64,000 nt of DNA. It comes from Yuukianura sp. NJ FZ-2021. Taxonomy: Eukaryota. Position 1 is the stretch's first letter. Each line of letters starts with the position of its first letter. The notes beneath the pieces were generated by a model. That model made no database searches. It had not been told where the DNA came from and saw only the letters and a list, made by a program, of their open reading frames with translations. The stretch lies in the NCBI GenBank assembly GCA_046563655.1, contig CM102284.1, positions 5,518,001 to 5,582,000 of the forward strand. Direction: 5' to 3'. The position numbers were made by a program, and so were the translations under genes. Shown in pieces: positions 49,801 to 63,173 of the stretch.

Positions 49801-52800
49801 ATTTGAGTGGAAATGAGTTCCTGTACTTTGACTACAAACATAGGTGAGGAAGGAATTTTTACAAGACAAAATTAGAAACTGAAAGAGAAAGTTTCAAATT
49901 TTGATTTTTTTTAAATTCAAAAACTTAGATTCAATTCATACGTGGAAAGTGGCCTTGTGCCAGTCAAGTTCAAGGTGCCAAAACGAACTAGTTCGCTGTT
50001 TTTGAGAGCTGAGTACTCGGACCCCTCTGGAACTTTTTTGACAATCCAGAAGAAAGCCTATGCTTTCTTTTCACCTACGTCCAAGTACATCAATGTCATC
50101 TCCACCAAAAACTCAAATAGTGTTGGAGAATATGCCATTTTTCAATTCAAATCCACTTTTTACTTGGAGGACTTTCACTACCTGGTAAGTGACATGTCAA
50201 AGGTCAAAGGTCAAATGTCAACGCATATTTCCACTACAAACGAGACGAGTGATCTTATATTTTGAATAGGTTATGAGCAAAGGCCTTATTTTGCAATTCG
50301 GCACAGAGCTTTTGCAAAATCCCTGGTCAACTTCTGCCACTTTTGCGATTCCAATTTCACCAGAAATGACGCCCGGATTCCGTGTGATCGTTTACCACGT
50401 GACGGCTAAGGGAGAGATTCTGTCAGACTCTACATTTGTTCCAGTGACGGAAATTAGCAGGTCAAAGGTCAAGTTTGTTTTGAATGAAGTCAAAGACCGA
50501 TCCAAAGACTCCGTTGAAGCGGGGTTTCTGGGTGATGCGGGATCTTATGTTGGTTTGTCCTGCCAAAGAAACATGCGCTACTTTCTCCAAGCTGGAGACG
50601 AACTGAGTAATGTCGGAGTCATGCAAAGTTTCTACTCTTTGGAACCATATAATTTGTAAGACTATTTTTCAGTTATTACGATTTCCTGCTTCAAGATTAG
50701 TTTTTAACTAATGTAACATTTAAATTTTGCTGACTTACTTTAACAAGCATAACCTTACTTGTTTGCAGTAAAATTAGTCGATTCCTGTCCCGTCAAAGTG
50801 ATCAACTGGACAAGTTGACTTTTCTCCAAACACTAAATCCGAATCTAGATTCACATAGAACTTTCACTGGAGCAAGTTTGCTTACTTTCACCAACGGAGT
50901 CATCCATAGTCACAATCAGAAAGGTACCGCATTACGCTGCTTCGAGGATATCAAAATTAACACATACGTTTGATTTTTTTAAATCATTGCAGAGGAATGC
51001 CTCTCCCGTGAAAGCTGTCTCAGTGAAAACTGTTTCACATTCATCAATCACTGTGGCAAAATTGAAGACTGCGCAGAACAGCAGACATTTGAAGGAAACT
51101 GTGAGAAAGCAACAATTATTACTTTCAAAAAGTCAATTTTTTCAGTTTTGCTAATGTCGCTTTATCAGTTGTACTCGTAATTAGTTACGACTATAGTAAA
51201 TGTTGACACTGAACTGAATTGTAGGCGATGCATCAGATGCAGAGTTACTTCAATTTCGTATAAATCGCACTAATCTTATTTTCGTAAGTTTTTAACTCCA
51301 GAAAAAATAGCTTTACTTCCAAATTCTGTTTCAGAGTTTCTTTTTAAATTCTGTTTTTTAATTCGAAATTCAGGATTTTTATGACCCAATTCCTGACGGA
51401 GACTGGGCCTGGACAAGCGGAAATATTGGCCCACACGGACACATGTACAAACCACTTTCAGTACCGAAGATCACTGATACTTGGCAATTGACAGCTTTTG
51501 CTGTAAGTCCAATCCATGGATTCACATTGATTGACCCAGTGACACAGGTAAGGTCAAAGGTTAAACTAAGTTTCTGAGTTTTAACTCTGACCTTTAACTC
51601 TTTTTAAGTATGACAGCACACGTCCCTTCCTGATGCAACTTGATGCTCCGAGTGATGTGCGCAGAGGGGAACAAGTAGGAATCATCGCCATTTTGTTCAA
51701 CAATATGCCAAAAGATATTTTCGCAACTGTCATTTTGCACGCTTCATCGGATTACGCTTTTGTAAAGTTGAGTGTTACGAATGGAAATGTGGATGATGAC
51801 AAAGTGCATATTGTGGGAGGGGAACATCACCACTTTGTTTGGGTAAAGTTCTTTTGAAGAGTCGAACAAATATGGAAAATTTTGACAGCTTTTTTCAAAC
51901 TTTTTTTGAAATTTGAAACCAGATCCCTGCAGGAGGTCAACTCGAAGTGCGAATCCCTGTCAAACCACTTCTGGAGTCTGGGTCACTTGAAGTCAAAATT
52001 TCTGCCATAACGCAAATCCGGTCTGACACTGGCACAGTAGAAATCAACGTTAGTGTAAGTTTTCAAAAACTTCAATTTTTGAAAGGAAAGTCTCAAACTT
52101 GTCAAGTTTTGGCAAAATTTTTCGCAAACTTGTCAACTCCATGGGCGAAACTTTTTTCTTTGTATTCTTTGACAGCCTGAAGGAGCTTCAATAGGAAAAC
52201 ATACATCGTTGATGCTGGATTTGAAGAATAGAGCAACGGGTGGGCAAAAACTTCAAAGTTTTGAAAAAATTAAGTTTCAACTTTTGAAAATTTTAAAGTT
52301 TCCAACTCTTTCAGTTTTGAAGTATATGAACATTTGGGTAGAAGAGTCACCCATTAATCCGCGTGATCCTACCAGAAAGTACATCTACGGAAGTCCAGCA
52401 GCTCACGTGACCTTGTACGGTGACATTCTCGGACCAATTTTTCCGTCCATTCCTGTGTCCATGAGTGACACAATTGGAAAGGCAGGTCAAGGCACTGCTG
52501 ATCGCTTGTTTGACCTCTCCCTTAACATATGGAGTCTTCACTATCTTCGACTGACCAATCAGCTGCAGAGTAGCGTCGCTAGACAGGTTTTTGTTGAAAT
52601 GAACAAGTGCTTGGCGCATGTCATGAAGCGGATGGAGGTCAATGACCTGGCGAACAACGGCTCATTTCGGATGTACGACAATTCTCCGCCTAGCGTTTGG
52701 TAAATTCTTCCAAATCCAGCATTTGTAGCAACTCTCTCTCATTATACCTAGTTTTCCCTTTGAAAAAAAATATTTTCCAACTTTTCAAAATTTTCACAGG

Positions 52801-55066
52801 TTGTCAGCATGGGCACTCCAAGTGTTTATGCATGGCAGTTTCCAAGACTGGGAAAATTATTTTTTCGTTGAAGATAGAATAATTTCTGGAGTAAGTACGT
52901 GGCTGGTTCGAAATCAAAATTTGGATGGAACTTTTGGCGAAAGTGAAAGTCAGTACTTTCACCCGCCAAACAAGAAAATGAATACCACAGTAAGTCAAAT
53001 TTCAATAAATTAACACAAGTTAACTCTTGAATTGGTGAAACTTATCTAGGCTAACTAAATACGACCTACTTTGCACTTTGCGATGAACTTTTTGACAAAA
53101 TTGCGTTCGTTAACTTTTTCCCCAAGAATGTTTCAACGTTTTCGGGTTTTGTTTAGTTTGGAGTTGGAGCCAATTATGGTGCACCAAACAACATAAGTCT
53201 AACTGCTCATGTCACCATAGCCCTCCACCTCGCCATACCCCACTTGGATGGTAGCATAAAATTTGAAGCAAACTTGGCCAAAAGTAAAGCCGTTCAGTAT
53301 TTGGAGAAACACCTTCCGCAAGTCGTCGATCCATTTCAAGCAGCCATTCTCACTTATGTCCTAACTCTAGTCGATTCATCAGAGAAAGACGCCGCTTTCT
53401 CCCGCCTCTTCTCCATGCGGATTCAAGAGGGTAAGCAAAGTTTCAAAATTTTGAAATTTATGAAAATGAACCAAAGTGACATTTGTAATTTCCGTTTTCA
53501 GCTGGGTTTCTCTACTGGTCTCCTGAACCAATTCCAGTAAATCAAATCATTTATGAAAATCAGCGTCCTTTCATCCAGCCCAAAAACAATGAATTCTGGG
53601 ATTCGTATGCTGTGGAGGCCACAGCGTATGCGCTCATGGTTTGTCTCATGCGTGATGGAGTGACGCCATACGCTGAAGAAATTGTAGCATGGCTAAATGG
53701 AATGAAACTTACTGATGGAGCTTTCATTTCTAGCCTAGTAAGTCTTTAGTTAAATGTTAATCTAAACTAACCAAACATTAAATTTAAATCAGAAGGAGTT
53801 CTCATGAATTAAACTTTGAATTTGTGGTAAATCGATGATTTCAAATTTCGAAATTTTTTGAAACAGGACACAGCCTTAACGTACCAAGCACTGACAGAGT
53901 ATTCAAACAGAGCAAGGCTGCGAGACATCACTGAACTGTCAGTTGCAATTGAAGTATCCAGTACTGGAAATATTGAAGATGTAAAAATTACTCCAAACAG
54001 TATTACGCAGGCGCATACCGTTGACGTAACTTTTGCATACTGAGTTTTAAAACAACAAATACGGCTTTTGCTTTTTAGAATTTGAACTAGTTTTTGAAAT
54101 TTTAAGATTCCTGAAGTTTGGGGTCACGTGAACGTGATTGCCAAGGGGTCAGGTCAAGCAGTAGTTCAACTCGACGTGACCTACGGAGTTGAATGGGATG
54201 AGCTTAAGGACACCCCGCCAAAAGAATGCTTCGAGCTTCAAGTTCAAGAGACTTTCTCCGAAGAAAGGAACAAAACGGCTCTAACAATTCAGTCTTGCTT
54301 CAGGTTAGGTTCATAAACTTACTAACCTAATCCTGCCATAACCTGAAACTTTACTGCCCTGCAAATTTTAAACGTTAAACTCTCTGTGGTTGTCCGATTT
54401 TCAGATGGACGTTAGTTGAAGAGTCTCCCGTGAGTGGCGCTGCTGTTTTGGAGTTTGAAATTCCGAGCGGTTACAGTCTAGTGATGTCCGATGCACTGGA
54501 ACTGGTCGCTTCTGGAGTCCATCCTACGTTGAGGGACGTTCGTATCAGTCCTGGAAGAACTTCGTGGTACTTTGACTACGTAAGGCCGAACGCGATTTCC
54601 AAAATTTTTGGAAAAGTTTTGCAAAATTTTTAAAACCTGGAATTTTGCTTTAGATTCCAGCTTTTACGACATGTTTTAACCACACCGTTCGAAGATGGTA
54701 TCCAGTTGCCAATCTCACTGTCGCCAGACAAGCGACAATCTACGAAGCATATGCTGTTGGTAAGACTTTCACTTTTTGACATTTTATAACACCCAAATTA
54801 AAACCACTTGTCACTTTTATCACTAAAACTTCAAAATTTCGAAATTTTCAAATTTCTAATTTGTAGAGAGATTCCAGAACGTGATTATGCGAGACATCTC
54901 TCTCCAGCAGCTTAGCATTTGCTACGTCTGTGGGTCCTTCCAGTGTCCCTACTGCCCACATTTCAGTGGATCTCAGGCTCTGGAGACATATCTGTCTTCA
55001 GTCTTTCTGTATCTTGTGACACACGTATCCATTCCATTGTTATCCAGTGTCATCTTCACACCTTGA
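46896..55066 (+). CDS. Mcr: Macroglobulin complement-related (Mcr/TEP6-type) thioester-protein family member, about 25 exons
   Basis: MG-domain motifs (YMVLAP, ILIQTNRHIF, DAPSDVRRGEQVGI), LDLa-like Cys cluster, TED region WSLHYLRLTNQ lacking GCGEQ, receptor-binding domain SGAAVLEFEIPSGY, terminal ICYVCGSFQCPYC plus hydrophobic tail. May be a paralog rather than the ortholog. Confidence 0.85.
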
Positions 55067-57926
55067 GGATATCATCAGAAGCACTTCTGCGCACGAGCAT
55101 CAGTTCCTACGTCACAAGCATTTATGATTTAGTCTCACGATGCCCCTGATCACCCCACAACCTTTGACCTGTCACCAGATTCGTCTCATGTTCCTGCACG
55201 CTCACTAAAAAACAATGACTGAATTAAAAAAAAGTTTGTCCAGCTTTTTTCAGAAATTCAAAGTCAAGGCCAGTATTTCAGCAAACTTTGAAATAATCTT
55301 GCTGCAAAATTTATTTTCCTAGGCACTAGGCCAGGTTTGAATTTTCAAAAAACTGGAACTCTGAATTTAGGCTGTCAGAATTCAAAAATTTTACTCTCAG
55401 CATCAGTAATTCCAGCCAGCAAGGAGACACTTTTGCAGCGTCAGCGTCATGGTCATAAGCACGATGAATTTCTGTGAGCTAAAAATTTGACGATAAAGTG
55501 ATACTTTGTTGGAGGAAAGAATTTAGGAGAGAAATGATGATATTTGCGTTGACGTTGGCATGCGGGCGTTGACAAATGCCGTAGCAGCTGGAAAAGGCTG
55601 TGCTGTAGGGAGGGGTCATTAATTCCCGGGTTGTTTCGTGACCTCGACATCACTTAATGGGACGTAAAGCGTTTTTGGTGTAGAAGAGACATGGAACAAT
55701 TATTTAATTTGAGCAGAAGAGACGACGGAGGCCCTTGGGAAACTAATGTCCTCAATTCTGGAGATGTCGTTGCCAAATATTTACTCTTTTGTTTCCCACC
55801 GAGAACAATGAATGGACCACTTACGACGGCTGAAACGTTCCAATCTCAGTTTAAGTCTAGAACTGAAGAAAAAACAAAAAGAAATTATAGCTTTCACCAC
55901 TAAATCTGAAAATCTCAGTTTTCTTTTATCTATTCCAGGATCTCAGTTTAAGTTAGTGACGAAAAACCCGGGTTTTTTGACACTACTATAAAATTTGTAA
56001 TCCAACCAAACCAAAAACTGCACAATTATTGTTGTACGCGTTAGATTCAGTATTCGCGACATGCACTGTGCCAACACAAACGCACAAAAAAAAATAGACT
56101 ACTTTTAGACAAGAAGAACAACAAACCATAATTTCATTTTGAACATGTCGTTTTGTCCACAAAACAAAAACACATAAATCAATGGTTTCAAATAAATTTC
56201 AAAATGAGGTCAACTCCACTTGACCTCCTTCAGACTCACATACTGCCTCGACTTTTTTCAATTTTCAAACATAGGAGAAAGTCCACCGTATCACACATAT
56301 CCGTTTGTTTCGCAAAACTGAACTCGCACTTTCATTTGCAGTCAAGGTTTTTAGTGGACTCCAGGGTTGTAAAAGTGGTGTCTGTACTTGACATAAGTGG
56401 AACACATCAACCGACCACCACCACCAAAAGCCCCGAAGTTACCCGGGTTTTGCTCCCTTGGTTTCTAAGGGGCTGCCAAGTCCAAAACCCTAAGCTTAAA
56501 TAATTCCGAAGCGTAGTTTCACTTGTGACGCTGACTACTGTAGTGCTTTTGGGGGAAGAATTGGTTGCCCAGTGGCATACGGTTGGGTTCCTAAAGTGCA
56601 TGAATATTCATGAAATTACTCCCCTCCTCATTTACTGTCTCCTTTAACACCAAGGAGAAAATTACAATGCGATGACACTCCGCTTTCTACTTTCTTCCTT
56701 CGTCCAAATGAACCAAGTACATAAAGACTTTGTTACTTGCGTCTTTCCAAAATTTAATGGTGCTTGGAGAGAAGCGGAGCAGTTTTTTGAAACCGAAGAA
56801 AAACTACAAACCAACGAAAAATTGATACAGCATTGTGTTGGTTTGTTCCGGTCCAAGACATTTTTAAGCTCAAACAATGTTGGACGCGCACTGTTCAAAC
56901 AGTGTGACCTACTTTCTTTCCAATTTTTGAAATTTCCTTTCTTTACTTTGGGACAAATTTTAGAAATTTTGATATGAGCTTGAACAAATTTTGACAAGTT
57001 TTGTTAGTCGAGCGAGACACCCTGCAGCTTTCTCCTGTCTCGGAACTCTACTCTCCTTGCTTTCACTTTTGCGTCATATTTCCTGTCCTCCATTTTTTAA
57101 TCAAAGTCTTTCAGAATTTTCAAATAAGAGAAGAGCCAAAGTTCATTGAGTTCCAGTGCTCTGTTGTTGCTCAAAGGCAAACGCTGGAACTCGGAACACT
57201 GAAACGCTTGAACCGGATTGAGCGTTGTTTCCAGCGATGAAGCGTCATTTCAGTACTGGACTGCCCGTTGTGCCTGTGAAAATGAGTCCGAAATTAATTT
57301 TGAAAATTCGAGGCCTTCCGTGCCTACCTGCTGTTAATTCCATTTCATTAAAATTAACATCCCAGTCCCTCTCTTGCCGTCGGCTTGTGCCGTACTTAAA
57401 AGCGTCACTACCCACAAGCCAGTCTGCCAGAACTCGTAGGATTCGAGTTTTTATTGAAATATTTCTATACATGCAAATAAAACCAAACAGCTTTGATCCA
57501 AAAATTTGATCGTCTGTGTTGTACATTCAATTGAGTTCCTCTCTGCCCTGTTTCGTTTCAGTCTTTTGTACAAAATTTTCTCTTGAACAAAAATGAGTTG
57601 AACAGATTGAAATTTATGATTTTTATCTTGTAGAGTTTTAAATTGAGCCTTTTGTGAAGCTCAATAATTGAGCAACGGGAGCTTTTAATTGAGATGTTCA
57701 GCTTGAAATTTAGAACAAAAAAGTTCAGCAGCTATTTAAAACAAGTTTTTTGGCCGTCGACGTGTGAGTTTAGCTTCTCTTTTTTTTGAAAAGAGAAAGT
57801 ATTGACGGATTGAGGGATTTTTCGTCAATTATTCATGTCACATAGAATCCTTGCAAATATCAATTATCTTCCAAGAAACGACATTGAAAACAGAAGAAAG
57901 TTAGGCCAATTTTATTTAGGATGATG

Positions 57927-59109
57927 TTACAAACATCTGATTAGGTATAGCAGTAGAAGATTGAGGATTTCTCCGATTCGGGGTTGGCTGGATCCGGATT
58001 TACCGCATTCCGATGTTTCGGGTTTCGAGTGCGGAGGCAAATTGAAATTTTGATAGATCCTGCAATCCTTACTGGAATAGAGACTTGGATCTGAAAAAAA
58101 AAAACAGAATTTATTGAAAATTTCAAAATTTAGCTGTCCATAATGGAGGGGAGGGATGTTTAAGTGATGCATCTAGTTAATTTTTGTTGACGTTTTAAAT
58201 TGTAGTTTTTTCTTCCAGTCCCGATAGTTTGAGAATTGATATTTGACCCGCAATGTCTCACTTTAACTTAAGGTAATCTAGTTATTCTTGTTTGATTTAC
58301 CGTTAAACCCATGCGGCGGTGACGACATGAAGTGAATTGAACCAGAGACGACCTGCAACTGCTGTACAATCATATCAAAGTAAGCTTTGTTCTGGAAGAC
58401 AATTCGGAGTGGGTTGGTTGGGCCGTCGTATTGATTCACAATTGTGTCACAAGGTAGGCTCCATGGATGTTTGGGTATCGAGAAAACTCGATCCCCCAGT
58501 TGATTGTTGTTACTCTAAAAGGTTTAAAAATTAGTTCGGGACAGTAAATTCGACAGGAAAACAAACTCACAAAAAATTCCTCCTCAAGTGACTGATTTTT
58601 TTGGACAACTTTTCCCCGAAAAATCCGCACGATCAAGTCCTTAGTGCTGACCTTGTCTTTACAAATGGATTTTGTAGTACTTCCAATATCATTCTTTTCG
58701 AACGGATCAACATCGATTCCATAGCCATATTGATATGATTCCTTCAACGTAGGCGACCTCAGGTCAAACCCAGTTCTGATGTTAATGAACGTCTCATTGT
58801 CACTGATCATGGCTCCCATGAAGCATGACTTTGTAGTCAAGCATTTGGGGTCAGGCAGTCCGAAACATAGTTTTCCAGCGTCTTCTCTCACACAACCGGC
58901 ATAAATTTTAACCAGACCCTTAGTAAAAATACTTTGAAACTTCAGTACAAAATGAACTAACTTACAGATAAGGTAATAATTGTTCAACTTCAAATTTCAG
59001 AATTGACACTTACATTTGCCTGGTTTGTAGTTGTGGCGTTTCCAAGTGATGCCAACAAGGCTAAAACTACGATGAACCTTAGCATTAGTTCAACTACGAT
59101 TTTAGACAT
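57927..59109 (-). CDS. Tandem family member A: signal peptide, Cys-rich domain, GPI-like tail, 4 exons
   Basis: Exons 59109-59014, 58918-58571, about 58514-58281, 58091-57927; shared motifs CFGLP..C...K.C, VDPF, IVFQNK.YFD, DP.LYS.KD.R.Y.NFN. Confidence 0.75.
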
Positions 59110-59365
59110 TTTAAAAAAAGAAAGCCAAAAGCTTATGAGAATGGTTTCACTTTTTTTGGGTTGTTGTGCGGTTATGTCAATTTCGAAATTGAAGGGGAAG
59201 CTTTTCAAGTTAAGTAAATTAGTTTAATATGAAAATGTTAGTTATGTTTAATTTGGTTTTTAACTGTGGTTATCCTTAATCAGAATCTGACAATCTCTTC
59301 TAAAAAGAAAAGCATGGCCCTAAACATTAGTCATTTCCTGGTCAGTTTGGATAAGCATTTGTCAG

Positions 59366-60171
59366 TAGGGGTCGCAGACTCGTCCGGTTTTTCAGAATCG
59401 AGTCTCGAGTCTGGAATTTGGGCGACGAGTCTATACTCGAGTCCAGACTCGAGTCTGACTTTGAACCTTAAATTAGTTATTCCCAGAATTAAAGAGAATG
59501 GAATCACTATAGATAACACCAAAGTGTTTTCCATTCTTGCTGGAGCTTTTCCCCAGATACGTTCAACCGTCCTATACACTATTTAAAATTTTCTTCCGAT
59601 CACTTGTTAAAATAAAAGCATCCAACCTAACCTATGACCTGAACCCATGCTTGCATTGTCATTGTCATACAAGGCGTGTTCCCCCGATCACTTCCGAAAG
59701 GTTAAAAAATACAAAGTCCAAAAACATACATATCTTCGCACCAAAAAAATAAAATTTGTCGAAAACGACTGGAAATACCTTGAAACGCCGTGAAAAGTGA
59801 AGGGCGAGAAATATCTATATTTTTTTAAAATTTGACATAAAGAAGTTTCTAAAAAAATTTCTTTTTATTCATTCCGTGTTTCGGAGTGTCAGAATGAGTT
59901 TTAAGTGTGTTTCGGATAAAAAGTGAAAACGGAAATTTTTTGATTGGAAGGCGTCCCCTTCCCTTATTCTAACCGGATTCGATTTTTTGAACTGCCCAAT
60001 TTACCGCCTTACATAAAACAACTTTTGGTCAGCAAAACTAGCACGTCAATTTGGTTCAATTTTGAATTGAGACTCGAGTTTGAAAAGTCAAAGACTCGAG
60101 TCTCGAGTCCCAAAAAAATGGACGAGTACTCGAGTCCGAGTCCATCTCCAGAATCGAGTTTGCGACCCCTA
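59366..60171. mobile_element. Non-autonomous hAT-type DNA transposon (806 bp)
   Basis: TIRs TAGGGGTCGCA(G/A)ACTCG; exact 8-bp TSD TTTGTCAG at 59358-59365 and 60172-60179; subterminal ACTCGAGT palindromes at both ends; no transposase ORF. Confidence 0.9.
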
Positions 60172-60209
60172 TTTGTCAGCCCCTTCTTTTTTTCCTCAAA
60201 AGATTTTTT

Positions 60210-61565
60210 TCAAAAAATCAGTGTTAGAACACTGAGGAGGGACGTGACGGTTGCTCCGATTTGAAATTTAGTAGATCTGGAAGTACCGGAGTCTGATTCA
60301 GAAATGTCCGGAGTTTTTAATTCTGTTTCTGTTGTAGTTTCATTAAAATTGAGGTAAAGCCTTCCATCTTTTGTGTAATACCGGTCTGGATCTGAAATAA
60401 GTAATTTGTATGTAAAATAATTACTCAGTTTAAGTTACTTCAGTTTAAATTCTCTTTGCTCAGTTTTAGATAAAATTTAGATAAAAACTCTGAACTGAAG
60501 AAGGAAAATATTTACCGGAGGAGTTCCCACATCCTCCCACTTTCAAAAAATCAAAACTTTCACCAAATCTAACATGTCTTTGTTTAAAAAAGCATTATGT
60601 TTATAACCTAGCGTATTCTTATTTTCTCTATGCTAATTGAGCTGCTGGGACTTTGTTTCTTTTTTATTTTGAATTACCATTAAACCCAGGGAACGTCAGA
60701 ATTGTTAGCCGGACTGATTCATTCGTCACCCGATACCCCTGTGCTTTCATGCTATAATAAAATTTCCTTCGGAATACCATGCTCCGTTTATGTCCATCGA
60801 ATTCTTCTTCAGTGTTATTGTGATACTCTTTGATCATGTACTTCCTGCACCACTCAGTCCATCCACTTTTGGCAATTGATGTTTCTGAGCTAATCTCGTC
60901 CACAACGTTCTCTTCACCAAATACATTCTGAAAATTGAAATATTTTAGTACACTTTGGATAACAATTTAGGCCATTGTTGTGTATTTTGGGTTCGTCTTA
61001 AACTACGTGAACTTACGGAAAGAGCATTTGTTGTAACATTTTGGGATTGGAAAATCCTCATGATAAAATCATATGCAGTGACTGTTTCTTTACAAACGGG
61101 ATTTGGAATGCCCACAACATTATCTACAAACGGATCAATGCTGACCCCAAAGTTGTAGTAATACGATTCAACTGAACGTAACTTTGTACGATCACGATCA
61201 ATTCCATATCTGTAGATGATGTGTGATTCATTGTCACCTGCCATGACACCAATGTAGCATGATCTGGTTTTGAAGCAATTTAAATTCGGAAGCCCAAAAC
61301 AAAGTTGTCCCGTGTTAGGACTTAAAGGAGGACAAGCGTCATAAATTTCTTGAATTGGCTTTTTGCAAAAGAATGAAAACAATTACACCTAAGTTCAGTA
61401 GTAATGATAAGTTTCGATTTAAAAAAAATATAAACTCACAGATACCGTATTAGTAGGTCGCTCTCCACCTCGTATTAACATTGGGTCAGTACTGTCTCCA
61501 CTTTGAAACAAGGAGAGTAACCCTACCGCGAACATTAGCAGCGTAGCATGTACACATTTTGTCAT
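60210..61565 (-). CDS. Tandem family member B: signal peptide, Cys-rich domain, GPI-like tail, 4 exons
   Basis: MTKCVHATLLMFAVGLLSLF; GQLCFGLPNLNCFKTRSC; IDPF; last exon DPDRYYTKDGRLYLNFN..IGATVTSLLSVLTLIF*. Confidence 0.75.
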
Positions 61566-61809
61566 TTCGAAATTTCGAAGAGAATGTTTAATTTTTAGGT
61601 GTGAAATTAAATTGAAGCAAAGTACTAAAGCTTGTGGAGTTTTATTTTCTTCAAAAACTAACTTCAGGAAAATTTTTGACATATTCTTGTTAATTTGTCA
61701 CTGCGGTTATCCTCGACTTCATATTTATAGTCGATCTAAGTAGGCTACTAGCTTATGTGGTTTCATGAACGGATATGTTTCTTAAACGACTTTTCCTGTT
61801 TTCCTAGTA

Positions 61810-62038
61810 CCGAGGGGTTTCCCACTTATGAAATCGGCACAATACAAAACAAATGGCAACTGCACAAACTGGGGTAGAAAATTTCTTTACTCTGAGGTCC
61901 TATTGTCTTTGCAAAATCCACTCAATAGGCGAATTTTACAATAACAACAGCAAATATGGCAAGAAAATTTCCTATCCCCAGTTTTTGTAATTGCCATTTG
62001 TTTTGTATTTTGCCCATTTCATAAGTGGGAAACTCCTG
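61810..62038. mobile_element. MITE with about 70 bp imperfect terminal inverted repeats, TA-flanked
   Basis: GTTTCCCACTTATGAAAT.GGCA.AATACAAAACAAATGGCAA.. mirrored at 61960-62038; TA at 61808-61809 and 62039-62040. Confidence 0.75.
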
Positions 62039-62093
62039 TATGCGACGTTTGAAAACCTATGCATCTATGCATGTTTTATTTTGAAATTGTGTT

Positions 62094-63173
62094 CTACAAA
62101 AATTTACTCAGCCAAATTAGTAGTAGAGTGACGATTCCTCCTATTCGAAGTTTAGTAGCTCCGGAAATAACGGGGTGAGAGGTTTCAGATTCGGATGTCG
62201 ATGGGGTTGTGGTCGAAGCTAAATTAAAATTGATATAAAGTCTTGCGTCTTTTGTAGAGTACAAAGCTGGATCTAAAATAGCATTTAAAAACAACGTCTT
62301 TTCAATTTCTTTTGAAAATGACATCCTTGGCCAACCTTTAAACGAATTACCTTTGAAATCCTCCAGAGTTGCAACTGAAATGCGTATAGGATCATAAGTT
62401 GTTTGCAAATGTTGTGCGAGTAAATCAAAGTAAAATTTGTTTTGAAAGACAATGTAGCGTGCATCCAAAGTGTTGATTTTACTGTTGTATTCTTTGACAA
62501 TCACCTCCTGACACAATTGAGTCCAGTGACTCTTCGGTATCGAAACATAACCGCCTTCTCTGGACACACTTTCTCCCGGATAATCCTAAAAACATTTCAA
62601 AAAGTCAAATTCGTACGAGTTTTACTCTTGCAACACCTTGAAGGAAAAACTTACGGAAATGACGGACTGACTTTCGTTGGAATTTTTGAAACGAAAAATC
62701 CGGACGATGAAGTCCTGCGCAGTAACTTTTTCTTTACAAATGGGTTTTGGGGTACCCATTCCATTGTTTATAAATGGGTCAACACTAATTCCTATTATGT
62801 AGTTGTAGGGTTCAGCGGACGTTGAACTCAGGTCAAACCCAGTTCTGATGATAACTTCAGTATCATTGTCACTCAACATGACACCTAGTGAACAAGTCTT
62901 CTTTGTCCAACACTGTGAATCTGGAAGTCCGAAACAAATATTTCCAGGAGCAGAGGTTTCTGGAATGCAGTCGGCATAGACTTTGTCCAAAGCCTTGAAA
63001 AAAACCAAATTTCAAAACAAATTGAAATTTTCAAATCGTTTTTTCTAAAAAATTTGAAAACTTACGGTAGTAGTCAGGTCCTTCTTGGTTGTTCCTCCTT
63101 GGACAATTATAGGAACCAGCAGAGCTAAAACTCCAAAGTATTTTAGAATTAGTTCAAATACAGATTCCACCAT
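62094..63173 (-). CDS. Tandem family member C: signal peptide, Cys-rich domain, GPI-like tail, 4 exons
   Basis: MVESVFELILKYFGVLALLVPIIVQG; GNICFGLPDSQCWTKKTC; GISVDPFINNGMG; tail LRIGGIVTLLLIWLSKFL*. Confidence 0.78.

Noticed and set aside
55450-57530. Short ORFs between Mcr and the tandem family
   Set aside because: No coherent exon chain or family motif could be built; a small gene cannot be excluded.
59266-60264. 106-aa ORFs at both ends of the hAT element
   Set aside because: Arise from subterminal repeats; no transposase motifs.
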